Source: an uncultured virus (IMG/VR IMGVR_UViG_3300025648_000023) (lineage: Duplodnaviria; Heunggongvirae; Uroviricota; Caudoviricetes). Taken from it: a DNA stretch of 64,000 bases. The stretch lies in IMG/VR virus record IMGVR_UViG_3300025648_000023, one strand, 5' to 3'. This document shows positions 1 to 8,834 of this stretch, piece by piece (within the stretch, counting starts at the first letter, position 1; each line of letters opens with the position of its first letter). The notes under the pieces are model-generated. The model was not told the origin of the DNA and did not search any database. It worked only from the letters and a program-made list of their open reading frames with translations. The translations under genes were made by a program, and so were the position numbers.

Positions 1-57
1 CTGTTTTTTAATCTGCCATCGCTTGTCACGAAGTTTTTCTTGGTATGTAGGCATAGT

Positions 58-249
58 TTAAAAGTTAGTTCCTAGTATTTCGTTTATCTTTTTTAAGTTT
101 TCATCTGTAAGGTCACGGTTCTTACTTAATACTAATGAAAGGTGACTGTCGGATAAATTTAACTTATCTCTTAACCAAGTTTGTTTAATACCCCTATCCT
201 TTAGATATTCTACTATTAAGTCGCGAGGGTCTTTTTTTTGTTCTGCCAT
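58..249 (-). CDS. XRE/Cro-like helix-turn-helix protein
   Basis: HTH-like segment GIKQTWLRDKLNLSDSHLSLVLS. Start moved to the ATG at 249 (MAEQKK), just downstream of a minus-strand -7 element. Confidence 0.75.
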   Translation of the reverse strand: MAEQKKDPRDLIVEYLKDRGIKQTWLRDKLNLSDSHLSLVLSKNRDLTDENLKKINEILGTNF

Positions 250-276
250 TTTTTTATTTTTATTGTTTTGAAAATG

Positions 277-284
277 CAAACATA
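277..284 (-). promoter_or_regulatory. Bacteroidota primary-sigma -7 element (TATGTTTG)
   Basis: CAAACATA on the + strand is TAnnTTTG on the - strand, about 28 nt upstream of the HTH start. Confidence 0.6.
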
Positions 285-353
285 GGGAAAATAAAGTTTC
301 CAAAGAAATATTTTTTTCTTGAAACTTTTTGTTCTTTATTACGAATTAATTAT

Positions 354-361
354 TACTTTTG
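354..361 (+). promoter_or_regulatory. Bacteroidota -7 element (TACTTTTG)
   Basis: Matches TAnnTTTG, with a TTTG at 328-331 upstream; precedes the rightward operon starting at 389. Confidence 0.6.
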
Positions 362-388
362 TCCCGTACTAAAAAAAAGTAAAAAATT

Positions 389-688
389 ATGAGTAAAAAA
401 AATGACAATAAAGAACCTTATGTTTACGAGGGGGGATTATCGGAAACAGGGGGCGAAGAAACCCTGCTAGATACCTTTAGAAGATTATTCTACAAAAAGA
501 AAAACCTAATGGTATATGATGATTGTTTAGTTTATGGTAAGATTGCTAAGGGGGTTGGTAACGAAGCAAGGATAGAAGCAATGAAAGTAATTTCAGACAA
601 TAATCTCCCACTAGAATTATTAGATGATAGTAATGGGTTTTGGGATTCTATTACAATCCAAGAAAAAGGAGTTAAGACAAATGTTTAA
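389..688 (+). CDS. hypothetical protein
   Basis: 99-aa ORF with an A-rich leader, first gene after the promoter. Confidence 0.7.
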   Translation: MSKKNDNKEPYVYEGGLSETGGEETLLDTFRRLFYKKKNLMVYDDCLVYGKIAKGVGNEARIEAMKVISDNNLPLELLDDSNGFWDSITIQEKGVKTNV

Positions 689-1256
689 TAGTACTATCAT
701 ACCCCGAAATAAAAAATGCAAATGCGGTTGTAACCGAGAAGGCAGGGTATGGGCAAAGGGGATGTTAAAGGAATGCTATATGCGTGAAAATCCCCCTAAA
801 CCTATTTCTAAATTCTCAAAGAAAAGAGAAAGTGAAGTGTTAGGAGTACAAGGGGAAAGTATGCAAAACATAATTGCAGATTTAGATGTACTAACAAGTA
901 AGATAGTAAGGATTAGGCATAGTGATGTTTCGGGGTTTGTTGATTGTATAGTTTGCAAGGGGAAAGGTCGTAATCATTGGACAAAAATGCACAACTCCCA
1001 CTATATAGATAGAAGGCACTTAGGATTAAGGTTTGACCTTAATAACTGCAATGAAAGTTGCCCACGTTGCAATGAAATACACAATACCGACAAAGCCCCC
1101 TACACTAATGCGTTAGAATCAATACACAAGGGTATCACAACACATTTAATTGAACAATCACATCTTGTACATAAATTTACTTTAAACGAATTAATTGAAT
1201 TAAGAAAAGAGTACACGCATAAATTAAATTATTTACAGCTTAAATTTATTAAATAA
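681..1256 (+). CDS. NinG/Rap-like recombination endonuclease (HNH-like, Zn-binding)
   Basis: CIVC...MHNSHYIDRRHLGLRFDLNNCNESCPRCN is the NinG-type motif. Start taken at ATG 681, overlapping the upstream stop. Confidence 0.8.
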   Translation: MFNSTIIPRNKKCKCGCNREGRVWAKGMLKECYMRENPPKPISKFSKKRESEVLGVQGESMQNIIADLDVLTSKIVRIRHSDVSGFVDCIVCKGKGRNHWTKMHNSHYIDRRHLGLRFDLNNCNESCPRCNEIHNTDKAPYTNALESIHKGITTHLIEQSHLVHKFTLNELIELRKEYTHKLNYLQLKFIK

Positions 1257-1459
1257 TGGTATATAATGGTAACATACAAGGAATATCGTTCAAGGCTGCA
1301 ATGGTGTCAAATGTATTAATAAAAGTAAAATTTGATTATTTAGGTATTATTGAGGCTGCAAGGATAATAGAAGCTATTTTTGAGGATAAATCACCCCCTC
1401 CAAATATAAATTACGAAGAAGGTAAGTGGGTTAAAAATTTAAAATATCCTGAAATTTAA
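1256..1459 (+). CDS. hypothetical protein (similar to 1708-1869)
   Basis: 67 aa; starts in repeat copy 1. Confidence 0.65.
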   Translation: MVYNGNIQGISFKAAMVSNVLIKVKFDYLGIIEAARIIEAIFEDKSPPPNINYEEGKWVKNLKYPEI

Positions 1460-1491
1460 AATTAATAAATAATAACTAAATTTATTAAATA

Positions 1492-1695
1492 ATGGCTACA
1501 TACACTTTAAAAAAAGATATAATTTGCCCATTAGGGTGCGTTGATAAAGGAACTATTGCAACACAAGGAACACCCAATTATGAGTATATTTACTTTCCGT
1601 ATAAGGGATGTGAAAATATGCCTATTGCAATGGGTAACGGTATATTATTCCATAAAGAATATTTGGAAAATGAATGGGTAGAAGTAACCGACTAA
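1492..1695 (+). CDS. hypothetical protein
   Basis: 67 aa; starts in repeat copy 2 and stops in copy 3. Confidence 0.65.
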   Translation: MATYTLKKDIICPLGCVDKGTIATQGTPNYEYIYFPYKGCENMPIAMGNGILFHKEYLENEWVEVTD

Positions 1696-1707
1696 ATTTA
1701 TTAAATA

Positions 1708-1869
1708 ATGTCACAACACGGGTTTAACGAAAAGCAAGAAAAAATACACGACATACTTTTACAAGTTTGTTTTCAAACTATGTTCCCTTGCGATGCAGTT
1801 AAAGAAATAGAAGCAATTTTTAAAGAAGAAGAAAACAATATTCCCCCATTAACTAACCAACTAAATTGA
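1708..1869 (+). CDS. small hypothetical protein, 53 aa (not in ORF track)
   Basis: MSQHGFNEKQEKIHDILLQVCFQTMFPCDAVKEIEAIFKEEENNIPPLTNQLN; starts in repeat copy 3. Confidence 0.6.
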   Translation: MSQHGFNEKQEKIHDILLQVCFQTMFPCDAVKEIEAIFKEEENNIPPLTNQLN

Positions 1870-1879
1870 AACTAATTAA

Positions 1880-2530
1880 ATGACAGAACAAACATCACTA
1901 GATACACTTGCAATAAAATATGAAACAGATAAGTCTAGTTTACACCATGACTATTGTAGTATTTATGAAAAACTTTTCTCTAATTTAAGACAAAACAATT
2001 TTGTTTTTATTGAATGTGGGATTGGGGGGTATGAGTACATTGATAGAGGTGGACAAAGCGCAAAAATGTGGCGTGAATATTTCCCATTAGCAGATATTAT
2101 AACTTTTGATATTAATGAAAAGAATATACCAAATTTTGAAGGGATAACAGTATTTAAAGGGTCTCAAATAGACCGTGAATTTATAGTAGATATGTTTACT
2201 AAAGTAGGCAATCCAAATGTATTTTTAGATGATGGTAGTCACGTTAATTCACACGTTATAGAAACATTTGAAATAGTATTCCCATTATTAAAACCACAAG
2301 GTATATATGTAGTAGAGGATTTTGAGACAAGTTTTTACGAAAGAGACGGTTTTGGTGGTACATTAGACATTTCTGATTATACTGCTAACACTAGCTTAAA
2401 CTATTTTAGAAAGTTAGTAGACGAAGTGAACTATAAATATATAGAAGGATTTACTCCAAATGAAATTTTTAAAGACCAAATAGAATCAATATCTTTTTAC
2501 CGTAATTTAATTGTAATAACTAAAAAATAA
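1880..2530 (+). CDS. class I SAM-dependent methyltransferase, sugar O-methyltransferase-like (MycE-like)
   Basis: TDK..HHDY..IYE, IECGIGGY, GGQSAKMWREYFP, FLDDGSH and YVVED motifs. Confidence 0.85.
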   Translation: MTEQTSLDTLAIKYETDKSSLHHDYCSIYEKLFSNLRQNNFVFIECGIGGYEYIDRGGQSAKMWREYFPLADIITFDINEKNIPNFEGITVFKGSQIDREFIVDMFTKVGNPNVFLDDGSHVNSHVIETFEIVFPLLKPQGIYVVEDFETSFYERDGFGGTLDISDYTANTSLNYFRKLVDEVNYKYIEGFTPNEIFKDQIESISFYRNLIVITKK

Positions 2531-2535
2531 AAAAC

Positions 2536-4113
2536 ATGATAGTAGGGACACACGTTGGTAAAGTTGGTGGGGGCAGATTAGGGAACTCTTTATGGCAATG
2601 GAGTTTCTTAGAAAGTTTAAGATTGAAGCATGGTATTGAATATGCCATACCCACTTGGCATTATTCAAAGTTTTTTATGTCCCCGCCGCCGCAAATAGAT
2701 AACACTCCTCTATTAGTCAAGCAAATAGAAGAACCTCACTTTCATTATACTCCCGAATATTGGGAAAGTTTAATAGATGATTTTAAAACACAAACAGTCG
2801 GTCTTAGAGGATGGTTTCAATCAAGTAAATATTTAGAAGAACATTCATCGCAAATAAAAGAACGGCTATCATTTACTCACGAATTTCAAAATAGCCTAAA
2901 AGAAAAGTTTAAACACATATTTACAAAGCCCACAATAGCAATAAGTATAAGGCGTGGGGATTATGTTGGGAATAGTAATTATCATTTATTAAGCATCGAA
3001 TATTATATTGGTGCATTGTACTATAATTTCTCAAACTTTAAAGATTACAATATTGTTATTTTTTCGGATGATTTAGCCTATTGTAGAACCCATTTTGAGT
3101 GTTTAGATAATTCTTTTTTTGCAGAAGGGTTAAGCGATATAGAACAACTTTGCTTAGGTACTATGATGGATAATTTCATAGTTTCAAATTCAACATTTGC
3201 CTTTTGGATGGCTTATTTAGGCAAAAAGTCTTACTCAAAAATAGTTCGCCCTAACTATCACTTTGCAGGAAAATTATTAGAAGAAAGTGATTGGAGTACA
3301 TACTATCCTAATGATTGGATTATTTACGACCACAATGATGTGGAACTTAATAGGATAGACCTTCACGATGTTACTTTTTGCATCCCTGTATTTTACGACC
3401 ACCCCGATAGAAATTCAAACCTATTGCTGAATATATGTATGCTACAAAGGTTATTTAATGCAGATATATTAGTAGGGGAAATGGGCGGTGAACAATGGAA
3501 AGATATACAGGGGATTAATTATGTCAATTTCCCTGAAATAAAAAACTTCCACCGTACAAAGATGCTGAATGAAATGTTCTATTCGGTACAAACGAATATT
3601 ATTTTTAATTGGGATGCAGATGTTGTCGTACCACCTTTACAAGTATTAAAGTGCATAGAAGAACTAAGAAGCAAACGTGCTGATATGTGCTATCCTTACG
3701 ATGGTCGTTTTGCTAGAGTTCCTAGAAATAGATTTTCGACAATAGAAAGTTTTTTAGATATTGGCATTTTAGGTGGGGAAGTTTTCAAAGGGATGAGACA
3801 AGGAGACGGAATGAGTGTAGGTGGTGCAATGGCTTGGCGAAAAGATGTATTTATAGAAGGTGGTGGGGAAAATGAAAATATGATTTCCTATGCACCAGAG
3901 GATACGGAAAGAAGGGAAAGGTTTGAAAGGCTTGGGTATAAAGTAGGTAGAGTTAAAGGTGTTCTTTATCATTTAGACCATTTCATAAGTATTGATAGTT
4001 CTGAAAAAAATCCATTTTTTAATGATAATTGGAACGAACTATATAAAATAAGGAATATGAGCAACAAAGAATTAAAAGAATATGTAAAATCTTGGGTATG
4101 GATGAAAAAATAA
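2536..4113 (+). CDS. bifunctional glycosyltransferase: GT11 (alpha-1,2-fucosyltransferase-like) plus a GT-A galactosyltransferase-like domain
   Basis: N-terminal half has GRLGN, GWFQS, ISIRRGDY, IFSDD and SNSTFAFW (GT11). C-terminal half has WDAD (DxD), GGENE..YAPED and LYHLDH (GT2/GT7-C type). Confidence 0.85.
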   Translation: MIVGTHVGKVGGGRLGNSLWQWSFLESLRLKHGIEYAIPTWHYSKFFMSPPPQIDNTPLLVKQIEEPHFHYTPEYWESLIDDFKTQTVGLRGWFQSSKYLEEHSSQIKERLSFTHEFQNSLKEKFKHIFTKPTIAISIRRGDYVGNSNYHLLSIEYYIGALYYNFSNFKDYNIVIFSDDLAYCRTHFECLDNSFFAEGLSDIEQLCLGTMMDNFIVSNSTFAFWMAYLGKKSYSKIVRPNYHFAGKLLEESDWSTYYPNDWIIYDHNDVELNRIDLHDVTFCIPVFYDHPDRNSNLLLNICMLQRLFNADILVGEMGGEQWKDIQGINYVNFPEIKNFHRTKMLNEMFYSVQTNIIFNWDADVVVPPLQVLKCIEELRSKRADMCYPYDGRFARVPRNRFSTIESFLDIGILGGEVFKGMRQGDGMSVGGAMAWRKDVFIEGGGENENMISYAPEDTERRERFERLGYKVGRVKGVLYHLDHFISIDSSEKNPFFNDNWNELYKIRNMSNKELKEYVKSWVWMKK

Positions 4114-4712
4114 TGTTGAATATAGTACACTTAGCAAAAGAACAATTCCAAATAGATAGCCCCCAATACAAAGAATCAGTAAGGCGTGAAAAGTCTTTTA
4201 TTTGGGAAATGGCAGAACAGGGGATTGCCTACAAAGTTTGGGATGCTAAGTATATACCAGATGTAATTGGGCTTGGATGTTGTTTAAGCCATAAAGCAAT
4301 AGTAAGGGATGCAAAAGAGAAAGGTTTAAAGCAAGTGGCAATAGCAGAAGATGATATAGTGTTTTCATCAAAGGGGGCTTGGTCGTACTTTTTAGAGAAA
4401 ATGCCAACCGACTTCGATTTTTATATGGGGGTTTCTTATTCAACATTAACTTACCCCACCAACGTAGTTCAACACGCATTTTATAGTACTACCCTTTATA
4501 TTATCAAAGAATCACTTTATGATATATTACTTGCAGCCCCCGAAGGTGAACTTAAAAACATAGATGTCTACTTAAATGAATTTATAGATACACATAAGTT
4601 TAGGATATGCCAACCTTATGTATGTAAACAACTAGAGGGATATTCTTTCAATTATAGTCAAGATAGGCTATTAGACCACTTTCTTGCAGGGAAAATATTA
4701 TATGGGACTTAG
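4113..4712 (+). CDS. GT25-like glycosyltransferase
   Basis: GCCLSHKAI...IAEDD motif; start at ATG 4113, coupled to the upstream TAA. Confidence 0.75.
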   Translation: MLNIVHLAKEQFQIDSPQYKESVRREKSFIWEMAEQGIAYKVWDAKYIPDVIGLGCCLSHKAIVRDAKEKGLKQVAIAEDDIVFSSKGAWSYFLEKMPTDFDFYMGVSYSTLTYPTNVVQHAFYSTTLYIIKESLYDILLAAPEGELKNIDVYLNEFIDTHKFRICQPYVCKQLEGYSFNYSQDRLLDHFLAGKILYGT

Positions 4713-4909
4713 AAATCAGTCCCCCACAATTCATTTATTTTTTTACGCAAATTTTCTGAAAGTATATTCTTTTTAAGTAGGCATCTTCTAACATAAGATG
4801 GGGCGTAATTGGTTCTATTGGCTATAAAAGTGTAAGATACCCCGTGTTCTTTCCTATATACCTCCATTTTTTCGGCAGATTTTTCATTTATTTTTTCTAA
4901 TTCAATCAT
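4709..4909 (-). CDS. XRE/Cro-like HTH protein, paralog of 58-249
   Basis: GVSYTFIANRTNYAPSYVRRCL HTH. C-terminus ENLRKKINELWGTDF resembles ENLKKINEILGTNF. Confidence 0.75.
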   Translation of the reverse strand: MIELEKINEKSAEKMEVYRKEHGVSYTFIANRTNYAPSYVRRCLLKKNILSENLRKKINELWGTDF

Positions 4910-4915
4910 AAGTCA

Positions 4916-4935
4916 TATCTTTGACAGCAAAAGTA
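4916..4935. promoter_or_regulatory. overlapping face-to-face -7 elements
   Basis: TATCTTTG (+, 4916-4923) and TACTTTTG (-, 4928-4935), between the divergent HTH and winged-helix genes. Confidence 0.6.
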
Positions 4936-4952
4936 ACAAAAAAACTTCTCAT

Positions 4953-5777
4953 TTGGCTAAACACGACACTATAAGGCTACCAATTTTAAACGCAATCACT
5001 TATGATTTTATCTATAACCTAAAAAAAGAGGTTAAGGATAACTTACCAATTAAGTATAGGCGTATGGTACAATCAGAAGTTAAGACTAAAAACTTTTGTG
5101 ACCGTGCTAGTATGGATGAAAGGATGTCTTTTTTAGCTATGATAGGGGTAAGGTTCAGCATTTCTTTTTTCCCTTCTGAATTGTATAACGGTGTTCAGAT
5201 ACACGACTTTATAAAAAGTTACAACAAGGGGGAAATACACGAAGCTAAGAAAAAACAAATATCCCTTAATGTATATGCAACAACAGATAAAGAAATAATC
5301 CACCTTTACAATATAATGGGTAACGCAAGTAATCAAGAAAGCGTTTTAAGGCAGTTGGACTTTAATAAAGTTGGGAATGTCACTAAAGAATGGAGTAAAA
5401 GGTTAGATAGCCCCGAACAGTTAGAATTACTTGATTCAATAGAGAATGCAGACTTAGTGGCAGAAACAATAACAAATGCTAGTATTGGCACAATGTTTAT
5501 AAAGGACGTTGTTGGGTTAAGGCAGATAGATTTACAATTGCTTTTAAAATTATATGTCAATAGGACAAAGTTTTTTACTAAAGAAGGTATTTACGGGTTG
5601 CTTTATGGGGTTTGGCAAAAACAAAAAATATCCAACTCTATAAGGTACTTAATGAATAATGGATACCTAAATGAATATGCTTATGCAACCGTTCCTAAAT
5701 TTACAATAAACGGGAAAGGGATAGCAAAAGTTCAAGAATTTATAAATTACGTTATCAAATCAAAAAATTTTAGTTAA
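4953..5777 (+). CDS. putative DNA-binding protein with C-terminal winged helix
   Basis: TTG start. LQLLLKLY...KISNSIRYLMNNGYL...FTINGKG fits a MarR-like winged-helix pattern. Confidence 0.55.
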   Translation: MAKHDTIRLPILNAITYDFIYNLKKEVKDNLPIKYRRMVQSEVKTKNFCDRASMDERMSFLAMIGVRFSISFFPSELYNGVQIHDFIKSYNKGEIHEAKKKQISLNVYATTDKEIIHLYNIMGNASNQESVLRQLDFNKVGNVTKEWSKRLDSPEQLELLDSIENADLVAETITNASIGTMFIKDVVGLRQIDLQLLLKLYVNRTKFFTKEGIYGLLYGVWQKQKISNSIRYLMNNGYLNEYAYATVPKFTINGKGIAKVQEFINYVIKSKNFS

Positions 5778-6076
5778 TGAGTTTACCAAAAATGTTACAT
5801 GACAGGGTATTAATAAAGCCCGATGAAGTAGAAAGCAGTAACGATGATATGATTGGGTTAGAAAAGAAAAAAGCCAATACGGGGGAAGTAGTTTCAGTGG
5901 GGGATGGCATCTATGCTTTTTCGGGAGATGATGGCAGACCTTTTGTACTTAAAATAGATATGACTTTAAAAGTCGGTGATAGAGTAAAGTATAATGAAAG
6001 GGTAGTAAGTAATTTCTCTATTGATGGAGTTGATTACGTAGATTGTTTTGAGAGAGATGTAATTTGTGTATTATGA
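5777..6076 (+). CDS. groES: co-chaperonin GroES (phage-encoded)
   Basis: LHDRVLIK, GEVVSVGDG, LKVGDRV and IDGVDY..FERDVICVL motifs. Confidence 0.9.
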   Translation: MSLPKMLHDRVLIKPDEVESSNDDMIGLEKKKANTGEVVSVGDGIYAFSGDDGRPFVLKIDMTLKVGDRVKYNERVVSNFSIDGVDYVDCFERDVICVL

Positions 6077-6396
6077 TAACAGAACAACAAGATATTTTAA
6101 TTTCAAAATTTTTATCAGATAAGATTAATGGTAATTCTGACGGAAGTTATTCTTTTTTAGTTGATAATTTTTCAGACTGCTTTATTATAGATTTATCAGG
6201 TATAAAGAAAAGCAAAGAAGGTGATTTTTATGCTACTTTAACAGTTATTGACAAAGATAATAACCCAATATTTACGTCAAGACTAGATTGGTCTAAAAAT
6301 TATGAAAGACCAGAACAAAAAAGAAACGACCACCTTGCCTATATTGCGCTTTATTATAGGTTTGATTTTGATAGGGATTTTAAGGAGTTTCGTTAA
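6073..6396 (+). CDS. hypothetical protein inserted between groES and groEL
   Basis: ATGA overlap with the groES stop; 107 aa. Confidence 0.65.
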   Translation: MITEQQDILISKFLSDKINGNSDGSYSFLVDNFSDCFIIDLSGIKKSKEGDFYATLTVIDKDNNPIFTSRLDWSKNYERPEQKRNDHLAYIALYYRFDFDRDFKEFR

Positions 6397-6426
6397 TTAT
6401 TTAAAAATTATTTAATAGGCAATGTT

Positions 6427-8103
6427 ATGAAAACAAAAGAGATTTTATTTGGGGAAGATGCAACAAACGCAATCCTAACAGGGGTAAACAAAATTTGTGA
6501 TGCAGTAAAGGTAAGTTTAGGTGTAAAAGGTAACACCGTTGCAATGGGAACTAATAGTTACCACGACCTAACAAAAGATGGCTATACTATTTCAAAGTAT
6601 GTAAACCTTAGTGACCCAAGAGAGGCGTGGGCAGCAAATGTTATTAAAGAAGTAGCCCGTAATACGGTTGATGAAGCAGGTGACAATACCACTACTGCAA
6701 TGGTTTTGGCACAAGCTATTATAAACGAAGGGTTTAGGCTTATCAAAAATGGTTCAAACCCCGTATCTATAACCAAAGGTATAAACAAAGCAGTAGATGC
6801 CGTAGTAGCAAGGATTAAAGACATTGCACTACCAATAAAGCCCAATAGCGAACAACTACTACAAATAGCTACTATTTCAGCAAATAATGACTTAGAAATA
6901 GGCAAGCACGTTGCAAAGTTGATTAGTCAAACAGGGGCTAACGGTGCAGCAAGAATAGATGAAAGCCAAAACGGGGAAACATACATTAAGTTAGTAGAGG
7001 GGCTTGAATTAAATACGGGTTGGACTAACAAATTATATATCACAAACCAAGATACTTTTTCGGTTCAATATGAAACCCCATTGATACTTCTTTCTACTGA
7101 AAAGATAAGTACTTTGGAAGAAGCCAAAAAGATACTTAGTGTAAGGTTGGATATTGCCAATAAGACACAAACAAATCCCCCTATCATATTGATTACACCA
7201 ATGATAGAAGATGAACCATTAATGTTCTTCTTGGCTAATCGTACCCAAAGGGGGTTGCCTATTTGTATTATTAAAGCAGATGGATATGGCGAAACACAAA
7301 AAGACATCCTTGAAGATTTACAAGCAGTACTTGGGGGTAAGTTGATTAGCGATGTAAATAGCATAAGGGCTATTGATACTAAAGTAGATTACTTTGGTAC
7401 TTGCGATAAAATACTTGTTACTTCAACCAACACAACTATACTCGGTGGCGGTGGGGATAAGAAAGCAGTTGCAGACAGAATCGAATTTGTAAGGAAAGAC
7501 TTGGCTAATTCAACAAACGACTTTGATAAAAAAGCCAAAGAACAAAGACTTGCAAGGCTTGAAGGTAAGGTTGGTGTTATCTATGTAGGGGCAACGTCCG
7601 AAAGCGAACTTAAAGAAAAGAAAGACCGTGTTGATGATTCTATACGTTCTTCACAAGCAGCACTATTGGAAGGCATAGTAGCAGGGGGGGGTGTTACGGG
7701 TATTAGGTGTATTTCTACATTAGAAAAAATCCCCTACGACAACAAAGATGAAAAATTAGGCATATCAATCATTGCAAAAGCATTGGAAGCACCGTACCTT
7801 CAAATGAGGGCAAATGCAGGGTTTGAAGATAAAAAAGGGTTGTCTAAGTTATTCCAAACAAATGATTCATTGGTTAAGAATGCCGACATATCTGCTATCA
7901 AGAAACTACCATTAAACGGTGGTTATAATTTTAAGACAGATAAGTATGAGGATTTAGTACAAGGTGGGGTTATTGATGCTGCAAAAGCCTTTAGGTGTGC
8001 ATTACAAAATGCAGCTAGTGTAGCTAGTACTTTACTTACTTGTAAGTGTGTAGTAGTACAAGAGGATGAGCAATTAATTTATAGTAATCAATTAGGAAGA
8101 TAA
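6427..8103 (+). CDS. groEL: chaperonin GroEL (phage-encoded)
   Basis: KEILFG, TKDGYT, AGDNTTTA, ATISANND, RLARL, EGIVAGGG and GVIDAAK motifs. Confidence 0.95.
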   Translation: MKTKEILFGEDATNAILTGVNKICDAVKVSLGVKGNTVAMGTNSYHDLTKDGYTISKYVNLSDPREAWAANVIKEVARNTVDEAGDNTTTAMVLAQAIINEGFRLIKNGSNPVSITKGINKAVDAVVARIKDIALPIKPNSEQLLQIATISANNDLEIGKHVAKLISQTGANGAARIDESQNGETYIKLVEGLELNTGWTNKLYITNQDTFSVQYETPLILLSTEKISTLEEAKKILSVRLDIANKTQTNPPIILITPMIEDEPLMFFLANRTQRGLPICIIKADGYGETQKDILEDLQAVLGGKLISDVNSIRAIDTKVDYFGTCDKILVTSTNTTILGGGGDKKAVADRIEFVRKDLANSTNDFDKKAKEQRLARLEGKVGVIYVGATSESELKEKKDRVDDSIRSSQAALLEGIVAGGGVTGIRCISTLEKIPYDNKDEKLGISIIAKALEAPYLQMRANAGFEDKKGLSKLFQTNDSLVKNADISAIKKLPLNGGYNFKTDKYEDLVQGGVIDAAKAFRCALQNAASVASTLLTCKCVVVQEDEQLIYSNQLGR

Positions 8104-8652
8104 ATGACTTTTTTAGAATTTATATTAAGCTACTCGATACTTTTAGTTTTGGGTAGCTTTTTAGTTTATCAATGGCATTATTTGACTAGACATAGTTTAG
8201 AAGTACAACCAAACGGGAAAGTAAAGCGTATAGGTTTTATAGTAAGTGGGTGGTCTGCTTATTGGCAAAAACAAATAGGGATTGAAAAAGTTTATTACGA
8301 GGGGGATGCAGAGAAAGCATTAGTAGAAGCAATAAAACCCATTTGGGATATTAATAAAATCCCCGAAATAGAACAACAAATAGGGTGCAAAATAGAGGTT
8401 ACAGATGATGAGATATTTTTCTATTTAGAAGAACCTATTTATCGTTTCCCCGAATGGATTAGAAACCCAATTTCAGAGTGTCCTACTTGTATGTCTAGTG
8501 TATATGGTAGTGTTATTTATTTTTTTTATTGCTTATTGATAAAAGACCTATTTTTGTGGGCAAATTACCCTATTATCGGGATTTTGTTTTTTTGGTGTAT
8601 ATTTGTCGTAGTTTTGTCGTTCTTAATAAATTTAATAGTTAAATATTTTTAG
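8104..8652 (+). CDS. membrane protein with CxxC motif
   Basis: N-terminal TM segment, then ECPTCMSSVYG followed by two C-terminal TM segments. Confidence 0.6.
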   Translation: MTFLEFILSYSILLVLGSFLVYQWHYLTRHSLEVQPNGKVKRIGFIVSGWSAYWQKQIGIEKVYYEGDAEKALVEAIKPIWDINKIPEIEQQIGCKIEVTDDEIFFYLEEPIYRFPEWIRNPISECPTCMSSVYGSVIYFFYCLLIKDLFLWANYPIIGILFFWCIFVVVLSFLINLIVKYF

Positions 8653-8654
8653 TT

Positions 8655-8834
8655 ATGGCGTGTCCTCCGAGTGTTAAAAATTGCCCTGATAGGCAAAAAA
8701 ACGCATTTAATACAACCCCACAGCAAACAGTAGGCAATGCTAATACATACGAGCAAGCAAAAGCAAAATTGATTAATGCTAATCAGATGCCAATTAATGT
8801 AGGGGGAATAACAATAAAAACAAGACGTATCTAA
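8655..8834 (+). CDS. small hypothetical protein, 59 aa (not in ORF track)
   Basis: MACPPSVKNCPDRQK...TIKTRRI fills the gap exactly; its stop abuts the TTG at 8835. Confidence 0.6.
   Translation: MACPPSVKNCPDRQKNAFNTTPQQTVGNANTYEQAKAKLINANQMPINVGGITIKTRRI

Larger units (their letters stand above)
1241..1710 (+). repeat. three exact 18-nt direct repeats TAAATTTATTAAATAATG
   Basis: Copies at 1241-1258, 1477-1494 and 1693-1710; each ends in the ATG of the next small ORF. Confidence 0.9.

Noticed and set aside
1241..1710. 18-nt repeats as a CRISPR array
   Set aside because: The spacers are about 200 nt and protein-coding, the repeat is too short, and there are no cas genes.
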